Part shown: piece after piece, positions 34,125 to 43,545 of the stretch
Numbering within the stretch: the stretch's first letter is position 1
How the letters are laid out: each line of letters starts with the position of its first letter
Virus record (IMG/VR): IMGVR_UViG_3300028797_000108
Coordinates: 64,001 to 128,000 of that record
Length of the DNA stretch: 64,000 nt
Direction: 5' to 3' (one strand)
Source: a virus
Taxonomy: Duplodnaviria > Caudoviricetes
The notes under the pieces: generated by a model
What the model was told of the DNA's origin: nothing
The model's input: the letters and a program-made list of their open reading frames with translations, nothing else
The model's database searches: none
Translations under genes and position numbers: made by a program

Positions 34125-34574
34125 ATGGCTTACAAAGAAGTTGTTTCCAAACGTCGCACCGTCACCTTTGATCTTGGCGCTGAAAAGGTGACCATGACCC
34201 TCCGTCGCTTTGAAGGCAAGGTCCGTCAGCGCGACCCGGTGACCTTTAAGAACCTGGGCTGGGGTAAGTCCGGTTACACTTGCGTCAAGTGCGACCACTT
34301 CCCGCATGCTGACTGGCGCCCCTACATTGACTTCGGCACCAAGATGGCTGACTGTTCGTTGGACGGCTGGGAAGCTGAAAAGCCTGAGTGGCCGTTGATT
34401 GACCAGCTCGCTGAAAGCATGATCTTTGAATATAAGGGCTGGACCGATGATGAAGGTTACATCTCGGTTGAAACGGCACTGGCAGACATTGCCAAGTTCA
34501 ATGAAAACCTTGTCAAGGAAATCGCCCGCAAGGAACTTGCTGAAGCCGGCGAAATCCTGAAGGAGATCAAGTAA
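34125..34574 (+). CDS. Hypothetical protein
   Basis: RBS AAGGA. Confidence 0.75.
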   Translation: MAYKEVVSKRRTVTFDLGAEKVTMTLRRFEGKVRQRDPVTFKNLGWGKSGYTCVKCDHFPHADWRPYIDFGTKMADCSLDGWEAEKPEWPLIDQLAESMIFEYKGWTDDEGYISVETALADIAKFNENLVKEIARKELAEAGEILKEIK

Positions 34575-34653
34575 TGAAGTAATTTACATTCAGTGCTTAA
34601 ATTTCATCAAAACCGCAGTTGTGTAAACTTTCATATTTTTCCTACAATTACCC

Positions 34654-34682
34654 TTGCCACGCGTCCGAATAGTTGTTATATT
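34654..34682 (+). promoter_or_regulatory. Early sigma70-type promoter
   Basis: TTGCCA-17-TATATT-TTACTCGTAA. Confidence 0.75.
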
Positions 34683-34716
34683 TTACTCGTAATCAAAAAC
34701 AACAAAAGGAAATCCA

Positions 34717-34848
34717 ATGGAATTTAATGAGTTTGAATCTTGGTCCATCCGCCGCCGTCGCGCCATTCGCGCCGAAAGAATTGAAAAGATCAAGGCTTGG
34801 GCTGGCCTCGCACTCATTTTCGCTGCCATGATTTTTGTAGGAGACTAA
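34717..34848 (+). CDS. Small membrane peptide, 43 aa
   Basis: RBS AAGGA; basic stretch then hydrophobic C-terminus. Confidence 0.55.
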   Translation: MEFNEFESWSIRRRRAIRAERIEKIKAWAGLALIFAAMIFVGD

Positions 34849-34849
34849 C

Positions 34850-35299
34850 ATGCTTTACACTGCGACAAAAGGTGAACATCAGGGCGAAGCCCACAGCGTT
34901 GCCGAATGGCATTTGATTATCCGTCAGGTTACGGACAAGACTGCGAAAGGCACTCATGTGGCCGTCTGGAAGAAGGGCGTTGCCGATGGCTTGTATGTCA
35001 AAATGTCCGGCAAGGGCACGGGCGCACCCCGCAAGGCTGCCGTCAAGCAGGCCGCTGCACCGGCGCCCGCAAAAGATCAAACCTGGCACCCGCACGGCTC
35101 TGACATCAAGCCTGTCAAATGGTGCGTGAGCGATCCTACGGATACCCGCAAGTGGGAGTACGTCAAGGAAGAATTTGATACGGAAGCAGCTCGTGATAAG
35201 CGACTCGCCGAAGTTCTCGCTGACAAAGAAAAGTATGATTATCGCTCCAAGGGTTGGGGCGACAAGAAGTTCAACCTCTGCTACTGGAAGGTAAAATAA
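34850..35299 (+). CDS. Hypothetical protein
   Basis: RBS AGGAG. Confidence 0.75.
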   Translation: MLYTATKGEHQGEAHSVAEWHLIIRQVTDKTAKGTHVAVWKKGVADGLYVKMSGKGTGAPRKAAVKQAAAPAPAKDQTWHPHGSDIKPVKWCVSDPTDTRKWEYVKEEFDTEAARDKRLAEVLADKEKYDYRSKGWGDKKFNLCYWKVK

Positions 35300-35535
35300 T
35301 GAATGAAGCTGAAATGAAATTTGTCTCCGACGCTATTGCCAAGTATAACTTGCAGAGCACTGAAAATCACCATACCATTCAGATTGTTGATTTTACGGTA
35401 TATCCGGAAGAACAGGCAAACGGCGCACAGATGGCGCTGAAGTTCAAGGAACACCGCTGGAAGGGTGATGTGGAAACAACCCTTGAATACAGAAATTTTG
35501 AACAGTTGAAAAATTGGTTCAATTTCCATACTTAA
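35299..35535 (+). CDS. Hypothetical protein
   Basis: TAATG coupling. Confidence 0.65.
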   Translation: MNEAEMKFVSDAIAKYNLQSTENHHTIQIVDFTVYPEEQANGAQMALKFKEHRWKGDVETTLEYRNFEQLKNWFNFHT

Positions 35536-35689
35536 TTTGAGGAAATTTAAGCAGTTTTATTACAGATTTTTGCAGTTATCTTACGAGAATATGATGGATG
35601 GCGCAGTGCTGTATAATTACCAATTGAACACAAAATTACAGTGTAAATGAAAGTTTACAGAAAAAAATCATTTTTTCCTTTACAATTGG

Positions 35690-35718
35690 TTGACAGCTCA
35701 GCGATAAATTGTTATATT
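35690..35718 (+). promoter_or_regulatory. Early sigma70-type promoter
   Basis: TTGACA-17-TATATT-TTACTCGTAAA. Confidence 0.8.
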
Positions 35719-35763
35719 TTACTCGTAAACAAAACAAACAACAATTTTTCAAAGGATTGAACT

Positions 35764-36033
35764 ATGGCTAACAACACCGCTGCCCTCAAGAACCTCGCAA
35801 AGAACCTCAAGGCCTCCGCTGTCAAGGTTCCGAAAAGCGTCAAGCTTTGCCCGAAGGTCTCCAAGCTTCCTCGCACCTGGTGCGGCGGTCACAGCGATCT
35901 GCCGACTGACACGAAGTGGGAAAAGCTTCGCTACGGCATCTTTGACGCCATGAAGAAGGACAAGGGTGACAACCGCGCCCTCTGCGCAGCGGTCGCTCAG
36001 ATGGCCCACAACAAGAAGTTCGGTATCCGTTAA
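35764..36033 (+). CDS. Small Lys-rich protein
   Basis: RBS AAGGA. Confidence 0.7.
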   Translation: MANNTAALKNLAKNLKASAVKVPKSVKLCPKVSKLPRTWCGGHSDLPTDTKWEKLRYGIFDAMKKDKGDNRALCAAVAQMAHNKKFGIR

Positions 36034-36058
36034 TCACTTTTCAAAAAGGAAACATCTT

Positions 36059-36634
36059 ATGAGAGCAAATTACAAGGAATTCATCAACGCCAACCGTTCC
36101 AAGCTCACCCACGCAGAAAAGCGGGCCATGAAGCAGGCCTCCTCGCACATCCATCAGTTGAACAGCGACATCAAGCTCGCCAAGCTTATTCGCCGTATTG
36201 AAGATCTGCCGGAACTCAGCGAACTTCAGGCTGAAAAGCGCGACACTCAGGCCCACCTGACTCGTTTGATTGCGGGTATTCACGACCGCCTCACCCGTGC
36301 AGAAAAGCGCAAGCTTGAAGCAAAGCGCCCCGCACCGAAGACCGAGGCTAATCGCCCCCGCTTGACAAAGGCATTCGTTGAAGCAGCAGCTGCAGCCGGT
36401 GACCCGTGGGCACAGGTTTTGATGGCAGTCGCCGATCCTGATACCACTTGTTGCCGTGAGGTGCCGGTGGCAAAGATCAACCCCAAGAAGATCGCCGTGC
36501 TGAAGTCCGGTTCCTTCACTGTCAACCGCAAAACCGCTGTGGAACTGTTCAATAAGCTCCATGAGCTCATTCAAAACAAGGATTGGATTGAACATCCGGA
36601 AAACCGAGCTGTTGTGGATTTCAAATCTGTGTAA
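36059..36634 (+). CDS. Hypothetical basic protein
   Basis: RBS AAGGA; start MRANY. Confidence 0.7.
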   Translation: MRANYKEFINANRSKLTHAEKRAMKQASSHIHQLNSDIKLAKLIRRIEDLPELSELQAEKRDTQAHLTRLIAGIHDRLTRAEKRKLEAKRPAPKTEANRPRLTKAFVEAAAAAGDPWAQVLMAVADPDTTCCREVPVAKINPKKIAVLKSGSFTVNRKTAVELFNKLHELIQNKDWIEHPENRAVVDFKSV

Positions 36635-36673
36635 AAACTCGGAAAATTTGTGAAAAAAACTCACAAATATCCC

Positions 36674-36702
36674 TTGACAAGATCAACAAACTTTTTTATA
36701 TT
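36674..36702 (+). promoter_or_regulatory. Early sigma70-type promoter
   Basis: TTGACA-17-TATATT. Confidence 0.75.
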
Positions 36703-36777
36703 ATACTCGTTGCCTGATTGAAACAGCACTGACGCCAATCAACTGGCAACATTCACTTCAAACCGAAAGGTAAAACT

Positions 36778-37494
36778 ATGGCTAACAAGAACGCTAAGGC
36801 TATCGCTCAGGCCTCTAAGGTGAGCAAGAACGCTGCAACCGCTACCGCTAAGGCTGCTGCCCCGAAGTCCAAGATTGAACTGTTTGGTGCTGCACTCGTG
36901 AACTTTGTTCGCTCCAACTTCGCTTGTGTTGAACACAAGGAAGGCTCCCACGACTATTTCCTCCGTGGCGTTGACCTCGGCAACGGGGTGAAGATTGACT
37001 ATCGCCTCAGCATCGCTGAAGCTCCGGCTAAGGAAGGCAAGCGTGCCTCCCACAAGCGTGAGCTCTACCGTATTGACGCTGAAGGCAAGGAACGCCTCGT
37101 TCAGTTCGGTACCTTCAAGAAGAAGTACCTCTACCCGCTCATGGGCATGGTCGTGGCCGGCAAGCCGTCCAAGGTCTCCAAGATGGTGATTGACAAGGAA
37201 CTGACCGGCAAGATCGCCGACGCTATCCGCGCCGACCGCAAGAGCTTCAAGCTCGCTGACGGTGTCCTCTCCGGTAAGGTGAAGGATGTGGGTTCCTTCC
37301 GCATGGTTGAAACCACAAAGACCCTCAAGAACGGCAAGACCCAGCTTGTCCGCCAGTTGTTCATTGACGGCGTGCTCAAGCTTGAAGGCGGCCAGCTTGG
37401 CAAGATCAAGAACGCCTTCACCAAGGTCGGTGCCCACCGCACCATGAAGGATATTCTGGCCGACGCTAACGACGCCGTGTCCGACCTCATCTAA
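36778..37494 (+). CDS. Lys/Ala-rich protein with strongly biased codon usage (possible nucleic-acid-binding)
   Basis: Own promoter and terminator. Confidence 0.75.
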   Translation: MANKNAKAIAQASKVSKNAATATAKAAAPKSKIELFGAALVNFVRSNFACVEHKEGSHDYFLRGVDLGNGVKIDYRLSIAEAPAKEGKRASHKRELYRIDAEGKERLVQFGTFKKKYLYPLMGMVVAGKPSKVSKMVIDKELTGKIADAIRADRKSFKLADGVLSGKVKDVGSFRMVETTKTLKNGKTQLVRQLFIDGVLKLEGGQLGKIKNAFTKVGAHRTMKDILADANDAVSDLI

Positions 37495-37510
37495 GGGATT
37501 TACCTCCCCA

Positions 37511-37557
37511 GTGGGGTGCCGGGTTTTTGATTGTTGTTACCGGCGCCCCACTTTTTA
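37511..37557 (+). terminator. Rho-independent terminator
   Basis: GTGGGGTGCCGG...CCGGCGCCCCAC-TTTTT. Confidence 0.7.
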
Positions 37558-37587
37558 TTTCTTTTTAACAGCACAGAGGTAATCAAA

Positions 37588-38121
37588 ATGAATCTTACTG
37601 CTCCAGTAGTTATCACAGGCCAGGATGGCAACCCGCAAAAGACTGAAGTTGCTTTCCGCGTAAAGTTTATCCACTCCCCGTTCGTCCAGAAGGCTGGTGC
37701 CGACCAGGGTACTCCCGATCCTAAGGCTACCCGTTCAACGACTTGCACGATTGCAGTTGTTTCCCCGGGTCCCATCAACTCCAACTCCGAAAAGTTTGAG
37801 GCAGAAGGCAAGGACACCGTGTTCCTGACCCCGCTCGTTGAAGCCAAGTCAATTTGTAAGGGCCGTGATGTGGTTCTATTCTCTGCTGCTTATGGCCGCA
37901 AGAATTCCCTTGAAAAGGCTCTGCGTGTTCTCGTTGACCGCACGAAGTATACCACTGAAAACGCCCATGTTCTTGAAGGTCTTGAAGGCTGCCCGTTTGG
38001 GTTCACCGACGAAACCGTAAAGGCGTTCATCAAGGCGCTCCGCGAGCGTTATCCTCGTGGTTGGGATGTGGCTGCAAACCTCAGCAAAACCGCCCCGACG
38101 GTCTACCCTTTTCAGGGTTAA
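37588..38121 (+). CDS. Hypothetical protein
   Basis: RBS GAGG; C...D..F....GRKNSL.KAL pattern typical of small phage proteins. Confidence 0.7.
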   Translation: MNLTAPVVITGQDGNPQKTEVAFRVKFIHSPFVQKAGADQGTPDPKATRSTTCTIAVVSPGPINSNSEKFEAEGKDTVFLTPLVEAKSICKGRDVVLFSAAYGRKNSLEKALRVLVDRTKYTTENAHVLEGLEGCPFGFTDETVKAFIKALRERYPRGWDVAANLSKTAPTVYPFQG

Positions 38122-38275
38122 ATAAGCTGTTTTATTACAGTTAAAAGCAGAAAACCTTCCATTTTGGGTTGTATCTGGCAGTTCCGTATAATTTGCCGAT
38201 ACAACCCGTTTTCGTGTATTCTGTCAATGTAAATGTAAATTTACATAAAAATATGAAAAATCCTTTGAATTACCC

Positions 38276-38304
38276 TTGACGGTTGTCCGAATAGTTGTTA
38301 TATT
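38276..38304 (+). promoter_or_regulatory. Early sigma70-type promoter
   Basis: TTGACG-17-TATATT-TTACTCGTAAA. Confidence 0.8.
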
Positions 38305-38335
38305 TTACTCGTAAAACAAAACAAATGGGTATAAC

Positions 38336-39493
38336 ATGGCAACTTTGGCACAAACCCTCACTTCTGATCTTATCGCCTGTCTCGTTGATATTGACGCCGC
38401 GAATGCTAATGACAAGCTCTCTGGCAGCGTCCGTTCAAACATTAAGTGGTTCTGCAACAACTTCAGCGATCTTAGCAAGCTCAAGTTCAAAAAGTTCCTT
38501 GACCGATTGCTGGATGACGCGGACGCTCTGGGCGTCACTGTGACCGTCACCGATGTTGAAGATGAAGCTGTTGAACTTTATATGTCGCACGAACCCTGGG
38601 ACACCCCCGACGAAGAAAAGCCGTCAAAGTTCAAGATCCGCGTCTATTACCGCGGCGACATGCAGATTATCGTGTTCGCCCTCAACAAGGGTAAGTACCC
38701 CTCTGTGAAGTGGGTGAAGCAGACCCAGGCTATCCTCAAGGGCAAGGGTTGGCAGAAGTCCTATCGCGGCAACGACCTCAAGGGCACAGATTTCAACTTC
38801 CGCCTCGTATGGTTCAAGAACTGGCTGAAGCAGGCTAAGATTCAGCACGACCGCCTGATGCAGGAAAAGCGTGAGTACATCAAGTTCAAAAAGCGTCAGG
38901 AACTCAAGTGCGAGTGGTCCCTTGGTCAGATCGCCCCGATTGCGGAAATGATTGAGGAAAGGATCCCTGGCCTTCATGTGACTGTTGAACACAATGAGGC
39001 TGGTGATGCCTTCTGGCTCCGTCTCTGGAATGTTGAATATAGTGATCCTTGGGGTGGCAAGCGCCACGCTATCTTCATGCCGATTGAAGCGTATGAAAGG
39101 TTCAAACTTTATCAGGGCAACATCGGCTGGCGTGACTTCACTTACCTCAAGCTCAAGGAAGCTAACCCCTGCCTCGTGCCCATGTACAGCCTTGTCCGTC
39201 GCTGCGGCACCAGGGTTGAAAGAAACTATTACTGGGAACGCCCGACGATCTATATCGGTAAGGATAAGGGCGTTGACTCGGATGACTGCTACGTCACCAT
39301 TGAATGCGATCTTCCTGAAGGTTCTGCCTTCCAGAAGGCATTGCATATCAAACTCGACAAGATTGAGGAATATGTCAACGCTTGGCTGAGCTACGAAGAA
39401 AAGTGCTACCACACGTTGATGGACTACGATGCAAAGCTTCGCATCATCAACACAACAATACCTGAAGAATTCAAGATCAGTGAGGTAAAGTAA
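38336..39493 (+). CDS. Hypothetical protein, 385 aa
   Basis: First gene after promoter. Confidence 0.75.
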   Translation: MATLAQTLTSDLIACLVDIDAANANDKLSGSVRSNIKWFCNNFSDLSKLKFKKFLDRLLDDADALGVTVTVTDVEDEAVELYMSHEPWDTPDEEKPSKFKIRVYYRGDMQIIVFALNKGKYPSVKWVKQTQAILKGKGWQKSYRGNDLKGTDFNFRLVWFKNWLKQAKIQHDRLMQEKREYIKFKKRQELKCEWSLGQIAPIAEMIEERIPGLHVTVEHNEAGDAFWLRLWNVEYSDPWGGKRHAIFMPIEAYERFKLYQGNIGWRDFTYLKLKEANPCLVPMYSLVRRCGTRVERNYYWERPTIYIGKDKGVDSDDCYVTIECDLPEGSAFQKALHIKLDKIEEYVNAWLSYEEKCYHTLMDYDAKLRIINTTIPEEFKISEVK

Positions 39494-40203
39494 TGGAACT
39501 CGAAACCTTTAAGCGCAAACTGTGGAATCAGTTCAAGATCAAACTCCACGACGTTGTTGTCAATACAGACGTAATCCCTCAGAAGGGTAAGCGAACCCCT
39601 GTATGGACAGAGATCAGGTGGAAGGATATTCCTGCGCTCGTTGAACTGTCGGGGCATAAGTACTCGACACCGATCATCAAGGTGCTCATCGGCTACAGCT
39701 CTAAAGACAATTACTCGCGGCAGCGATACGTCTACCAGATAGCCTTCATGAAACCTCTCGGCGAACCGTCAAGGGTAGATCAGGTTATCATGCAGTATCA
39801 GATGGGATATCTCAATTCCATTCCGCGTGAGCGCAGCTGGTTGAATAGGGTGACGAAGATTGGTTCGGAACTCAACAGCGATCCTGATACAGAACTCGAA
39901 TCTGAAAGCTGGGCGTTCCACATTCAGGAAATACTTAAGGGCGTGCTGCTCTGGGAATCTATTATCAAGGATCCGGAGATCGCTGCAGCTCGTAAGGCTT
40001 ATGCAGAAGCAAAGGCCAAGGTCCGCGAAGCTCAGAAGGTTACCACGAAGATCCGCAGGGATTTCTATTCAAATGGATATTCCGAGCAGCACCTTGAGCA
40101 TTACCAGCAGCTAAAGACCTGGAAGGTCAAGGCATGTAAGCAGCTGGCGTTGAAGTGCGAGTCGAGACCCCGCACATACGGTGGAGGTAAATGCTACGTC
40201 TAA
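39493..40203 (+). CDS. Hypothetical protein with C-terminal coiled coil
   Basis: TAATG coupling. Confidence 0.7.
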   Translation: MELETFKRKLWNQFKIKLHDVVVNTDVIPQKGKRTPVWTEIRWKDIPALVELSGHKYSTPIIKVLIGYSSKDNYSRQRYVYQIAFMKPLGEPSRVDQVIMQYQMGYLNSIPRERSWLNRVTKIGSELNSDPDTELESESWAFHIQEILKGVLLWESIIKDPEIAAARKAYAEAKAKVREAQKVTTKIRRDFYSNGYSEQHLEHYQQLKTWKVKACKQLALKCESRPRTYGGGKCYV

Positions 40204-40574
40204 GCGTTGATCTCGCTGGGGTATCTATAGGCCGGCTGCTCCTGTACCCATGCCTTTAGATCCCTGCACACCTTGAGCAATTCCCATTTGGTATACGTTG
40301 CCCCCGCTAGATCTTCCTCAAACAGTCTAACGGGATCGTATTCCTTTCCCTGTTCCTTTTTAGATAGATAAAGGAAATGGAACGTATCGTTGGCGATCTC
40401 GTCAATGGTTGCATCAATACTCATTAGGGTTTTCTTTTTGTCGTGCAGCATCAAACGTTTCAAATGCAATAAGGTGGTAAAGCTATTGCAGTTATCCAAT
40501 AACGATTCAATAGTGACGGACCTGTATGTATTGGCTACGAGATATTGGCGCAGCACTTGTGGTATTATTCTCAT
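40200..40574 (-). CDS. Hypothetical protein, lone minus-strand gene
   Basis: RBS GAGG before MRIIPQ. Confidence 0.55.
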   Translation of the reverse strand: MRIIPQVLRQYLVANTYRSVTIESLLDNCNSFTTLLHLKRLMLHDKKKTLMSIDATIDEIANDTFHFLYLSKKEQGKEYDPVRLFEEDLAGATYTKWELLKVCRDLKAWVQEQPAYRYPSEINA

Positions 40575-40618
40575 GGTAACCTCGTGGTATAATTTGTTTG
40601 ACAATAGGGGCAATACTA

Positions 40619-40647
40619 TTGATATATTGCCGCAAAATTGTTATATT
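40619..40647 (+). promoter_or_regulatory. Early-type promoter
   Basis: TTGATA-17-TATATT. Confidence 0.55.
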
Positions 40648-41134
40648 TGAATAAAATAACGAATAATCTATATATTTAGGCAAAACTCATGAAAAAGTAA
40701 GAAAACTAAAGAATTTCACCGAAAACATGGGTAGATCATGGGTATGAGCCCGGGTCTTACTAGGTGGGTGGGCATGACGATGGGTCTTGGGAGAACTACC
40801 CATACTGTCAGTATTGCTGATAGGGTTGCTGACAATACAAATTGACCATATTTTGACCCATTGCCGAAAACCAAAGGTGGAAACACGAAAAAATGTATTC
40901 AGTCCCCTAGCCGGATAAAAAGAGGGGGTTGTCAACCTCAGGCTACTATAGCAAAAGAAGACATCTCTTTCTTGAGGACGCGGCGGAGAAAAGCAGCGGC
41001 GGCGGATTGAAAAAATCAAAAAATTTTCAAAAGATGAACCTCGGATTTTTAATGGTCCCTAATAAAAAAATTACAAAAATTTCAAAAATGATGGATTGAC
41101 AAATAACCCTCTTCTTCAAACAACGGAGAAAACA

Positions 41135-41404
41135 ATGATCGGAAAAGTTGGACAGGACGACGAACGGATTACCCCTACCCCTAGAACTCAAAAGGAGGAA
41201 TATCACAGGGATGGATTTTTGGGGCTCGTTTCAGAACTCGGTACATTTGGCATGATCTTCATGTCTATTGTATTTGTGGTGTTCTCTATACCTTTGGGGA
41301 TCTTTGTATTTTCGGAATTGAGTTATATGGTACTTCTGATATTGGCTATCGTATGTATCTTAACTATGATTGTAATTTTATTATTGACTGAAATGGAGAG
41401 ATAG
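41135..41404 (+). CDS. Membrane protein (2 TM)
   Basis: RBS GGAG; hydrophobic segments. Confidence 0.6.
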   Translation: MIGKVGQDDERITPTPRTQKEEYHRDGFLGLVSELGTFGMIFMSIVFVVFSIPLGIFVFSELSYMVLLILAIVCILTMIVILLLTEMER

Positions 41405-41409
41405 GACAG

Positions 41410-41784
41410 ATGAAAACAACAATTCAGAAATTTACCGTTGATAAAAACGGAAACAAGAAAAAAGCAAATGGAACTGTTAACCATATACGCAATGCCGCTA
41501 TGTACACGGAAGGGTTGACCGTGGAGGTTGACGGGATTAGCGCTAGCGGGAAGAAGTTCATGACGACGATGACATTGAAAGCTAGCGACAGCGAAGCGGT
41601 GATGAATCGGATTGCGATGCAGAAGTTGGGCGCTGACGGGATTGCTCAGTGTCTTGGCTTTGGATTGCCGATTTTGTCAAAGCCGGTTAAGCGCTGTTAT
41701 GGAATTGAAATTGACGGGCAGCACTTCTTTGTCATTAGGACGATGGCTGACCTGCAGAACTTGTGTACCTTTATTAACACTTAA
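41410..41784 (+). CDS. Hypothetical protein
   Basis: Operon continuity. Confidence 0.7.
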   Translation: MKTTIQKFTVDKNGNKKKANGTVNHIRNAAMYTEGLTVEVDGISASGKKFMTTMTLKASDSEAVMNRIAMQKLGADGIAQCLGFGLPILSKPVKRCYGIEIDGQHFFVIRTMADLQNLCTFINT

Positions 41785-41795
41785 GGGAGGAACTT

Positions 41796-42461
41796 ATGGG
41801 ATTTAATACTCCGACGGCAGAACTTATTGGATTGCCTACAGCAAAGAAGGAAAACGGCGAAGCCAGATATGATCGTATCTGGGCTTACATTCAAGATGTG
41901 GTGGCGAAGATTGACAAGGTCTTTGAGGAAGAAGCGAACACTGATCTCGTTTATACGAAGAAGGTGAAGGACTTTAAGCGCTATCCGGGTGGCTACCGTT
42001 GTAAGATTACTTATCGTTTCCGTTTGGGGACGGAAGAGCTTGTTTACCGTTTGGTGGCGTCAGAGACTGAAACCTTTGTGATGCATGCGAAGATTATCCT
42101 TGGACCGGCTGATACCGGATATGCTTGTCCGATCCGAACAGCGGTTGCGGGCTTGCTTAACACTAATCCGAGAAATGTTTATCCAGATATGATCGGCGCC
42201 GCGCAGACATTCAATATGTCGGACTACTCTGTATTCAACACTGCAGAAAAGGTCGCGCCGAAGATTGAATTTGTCAGATGCTGGCTGCAGAATGCTAAGC
42301 GCTGGATGCGTTGGATTCGTCTTGTGAAGGAGAAGGCAGAAGAGGAACTTGTGGTTTACCGTAAGGAATCGGAAGAGCTTGAACATCTTCTTTCTATCAA
42401 CCGTATGAGAAGGGAGAGCTTGGCGATTAAGCTGCACAACCTTATGAAGGTCCTACCTTAA
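41796..42461 (+). CDS. Hypothetical protein with C-terminal coiled coil
   Basis: RBS GGAGG. Confidence 0.75.
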   Translation: MGFNTPTAELIGLPTAKKENGEARYDRIWAYIQDVVAKIDKVFEEEANTDLVYTKKVKDFKRYPGGYRCKITYRFRLGTEELVYRLVASETETFVMHAKIILGPADTGYACPIRTAVAGLLNTNPRNVYPDMIGAAQTFNMSDYSVFNTAEKVAPKIEFVRCWLQNAKRWMRWIRLVKEKAEEELVVYRKESEELEHLLSINRMRRESLAIKLHNLMKVLP

Positions 42462-42474
42462 AGGAGAACTTAAA

Positions 42475-42729
42475 ATGGAAATCTATTTAGGTTTTATGTC
42501 GGCGTTCTGTGCGCTGCTTGCACTGATCTTTATCATCATGCTTTTCCGTCATAAGACGGTTAACCTGATGCAGAAACGATTGGCGCTTGCCATCATTATC
42601 TGCTTGCTTGAGTTTGCGAGTTTCCATTGGGTCTTGGGATGTATCTGGATTGGTACATCTTTTATTCAATGGCTTGACTTGCGGGAAGCGCAAGAGAAGA
42701 ATGAAAATGGACACATAAGGATTGAGTGA
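42475..42729 (+). CDS. Small membrane protein
   Basis: RBS AAGGAG; hydrophobic. Confidence 0.65.
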   Translation: MEIYLGFMSAFCALLALIFIIMLFRHKTVNLMQKRLALAIIICLLEFASFHWVLGCIWIGTSFIQWLDLREAQEKNENGHIRIE

Positions 42730-42992
42730 TGGGCGCCAACATTGAAATCAAGCGTGTACATATTGCTGAGAATGACGATTCATTCTATCGGCACCGTATG
42801 CGCATTCCGTATGATGGCGGAAATTCAGATAGAGGAACGATGTGGTTCTTTTACATAGCCATAGCGGTATCTTTATTGCTTGTCTTTTATGCCATACACA
42901 TCGGACATGATGTGCCTAACGAACCCACAGAACCTAAACCTTTAATTGAAAATTCATTCCAACAGATGGACACGGATTATGAAACATATTAA
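42726..42992 (+). CDS. Small membrane protein
   Basis: One TM segment. Confidence 0.6.
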   Translation: MMGANIEIKRVHIAENDDSFYRHRMRIPYDGGNSDRGTMWFFYIAIAVSLLLVFYAIHIGHDVPNEPTEPKPLIENSFQQMDTDYETY

Positions 42993-43191
42993 GATTGAAC
43001 CGTTTGACGGAATGCCAGATGACGAAAAGCTGAAGATCCTGTTAAAGCAGATGAAGCGTAAGCGCCGCATTGCTATGATTATTATGTGGGCATGCATCAT
43101 TGGATTTGCCTTCACGCTTAACTCGGTCATTATGGACGCACACGAAAAAGCTAAGCAACAGGTGGAAATTACACATGAGACCGGACATTGA
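42979..43191 (+). CDS. Small membrane protein
   Basis: Basic stretch then TM segment. Confidence 0.6.
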   Translation: MKHIKIEPFDGMPDDEKLKILLKQMKRKRRIAMIIMWACIIGFAFTLNSVIMDAHEKAKQQVEITHETGH

Positions 43192-43251
43192 CAGATTGCT
43201 TGCCCGCATTATCATGGTTGTGATGGTTATCATTATAATAGGATGGTTAAT

Positions 43252-43545
43252 ATGAGCAATAAAATTACCAAGAAGGATGTTCTCGATGTGCTTTCTAAGA
43301 TTGAAGGCATCATCATAACTCAGAATGATGACCGCAGGGTCGCATTCACGCATAATGTGTATGGCGGCGATGGCTGGGTTACATTTAAAGATGGCAAATT
43401 TGAAAAGGGCAACTTGTCACCTTGGGAGGAGGCAGACTTGTTTTTTGATTTTGCTATTGATGAACCGAACGAAATTTATTATATTATTAAGGCGGGATTG
43501 ACCGCAGCGAAATGGAAAAGGAAACAACAACATGAACGAACTTGA
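43252..43545 (+). CDS. Hypothetical protein
   Basis: Operon continuity. Confidence 0.65.
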   Translation: MSNKITKKDVLDVLSKIEGIIITQNDDRRVAFTHNVYGGDGWVTFKDGKFEKGNLSPWEEADLFFDFAIDEPNEIYYIIKAGLTAAKWKRKQQHERT

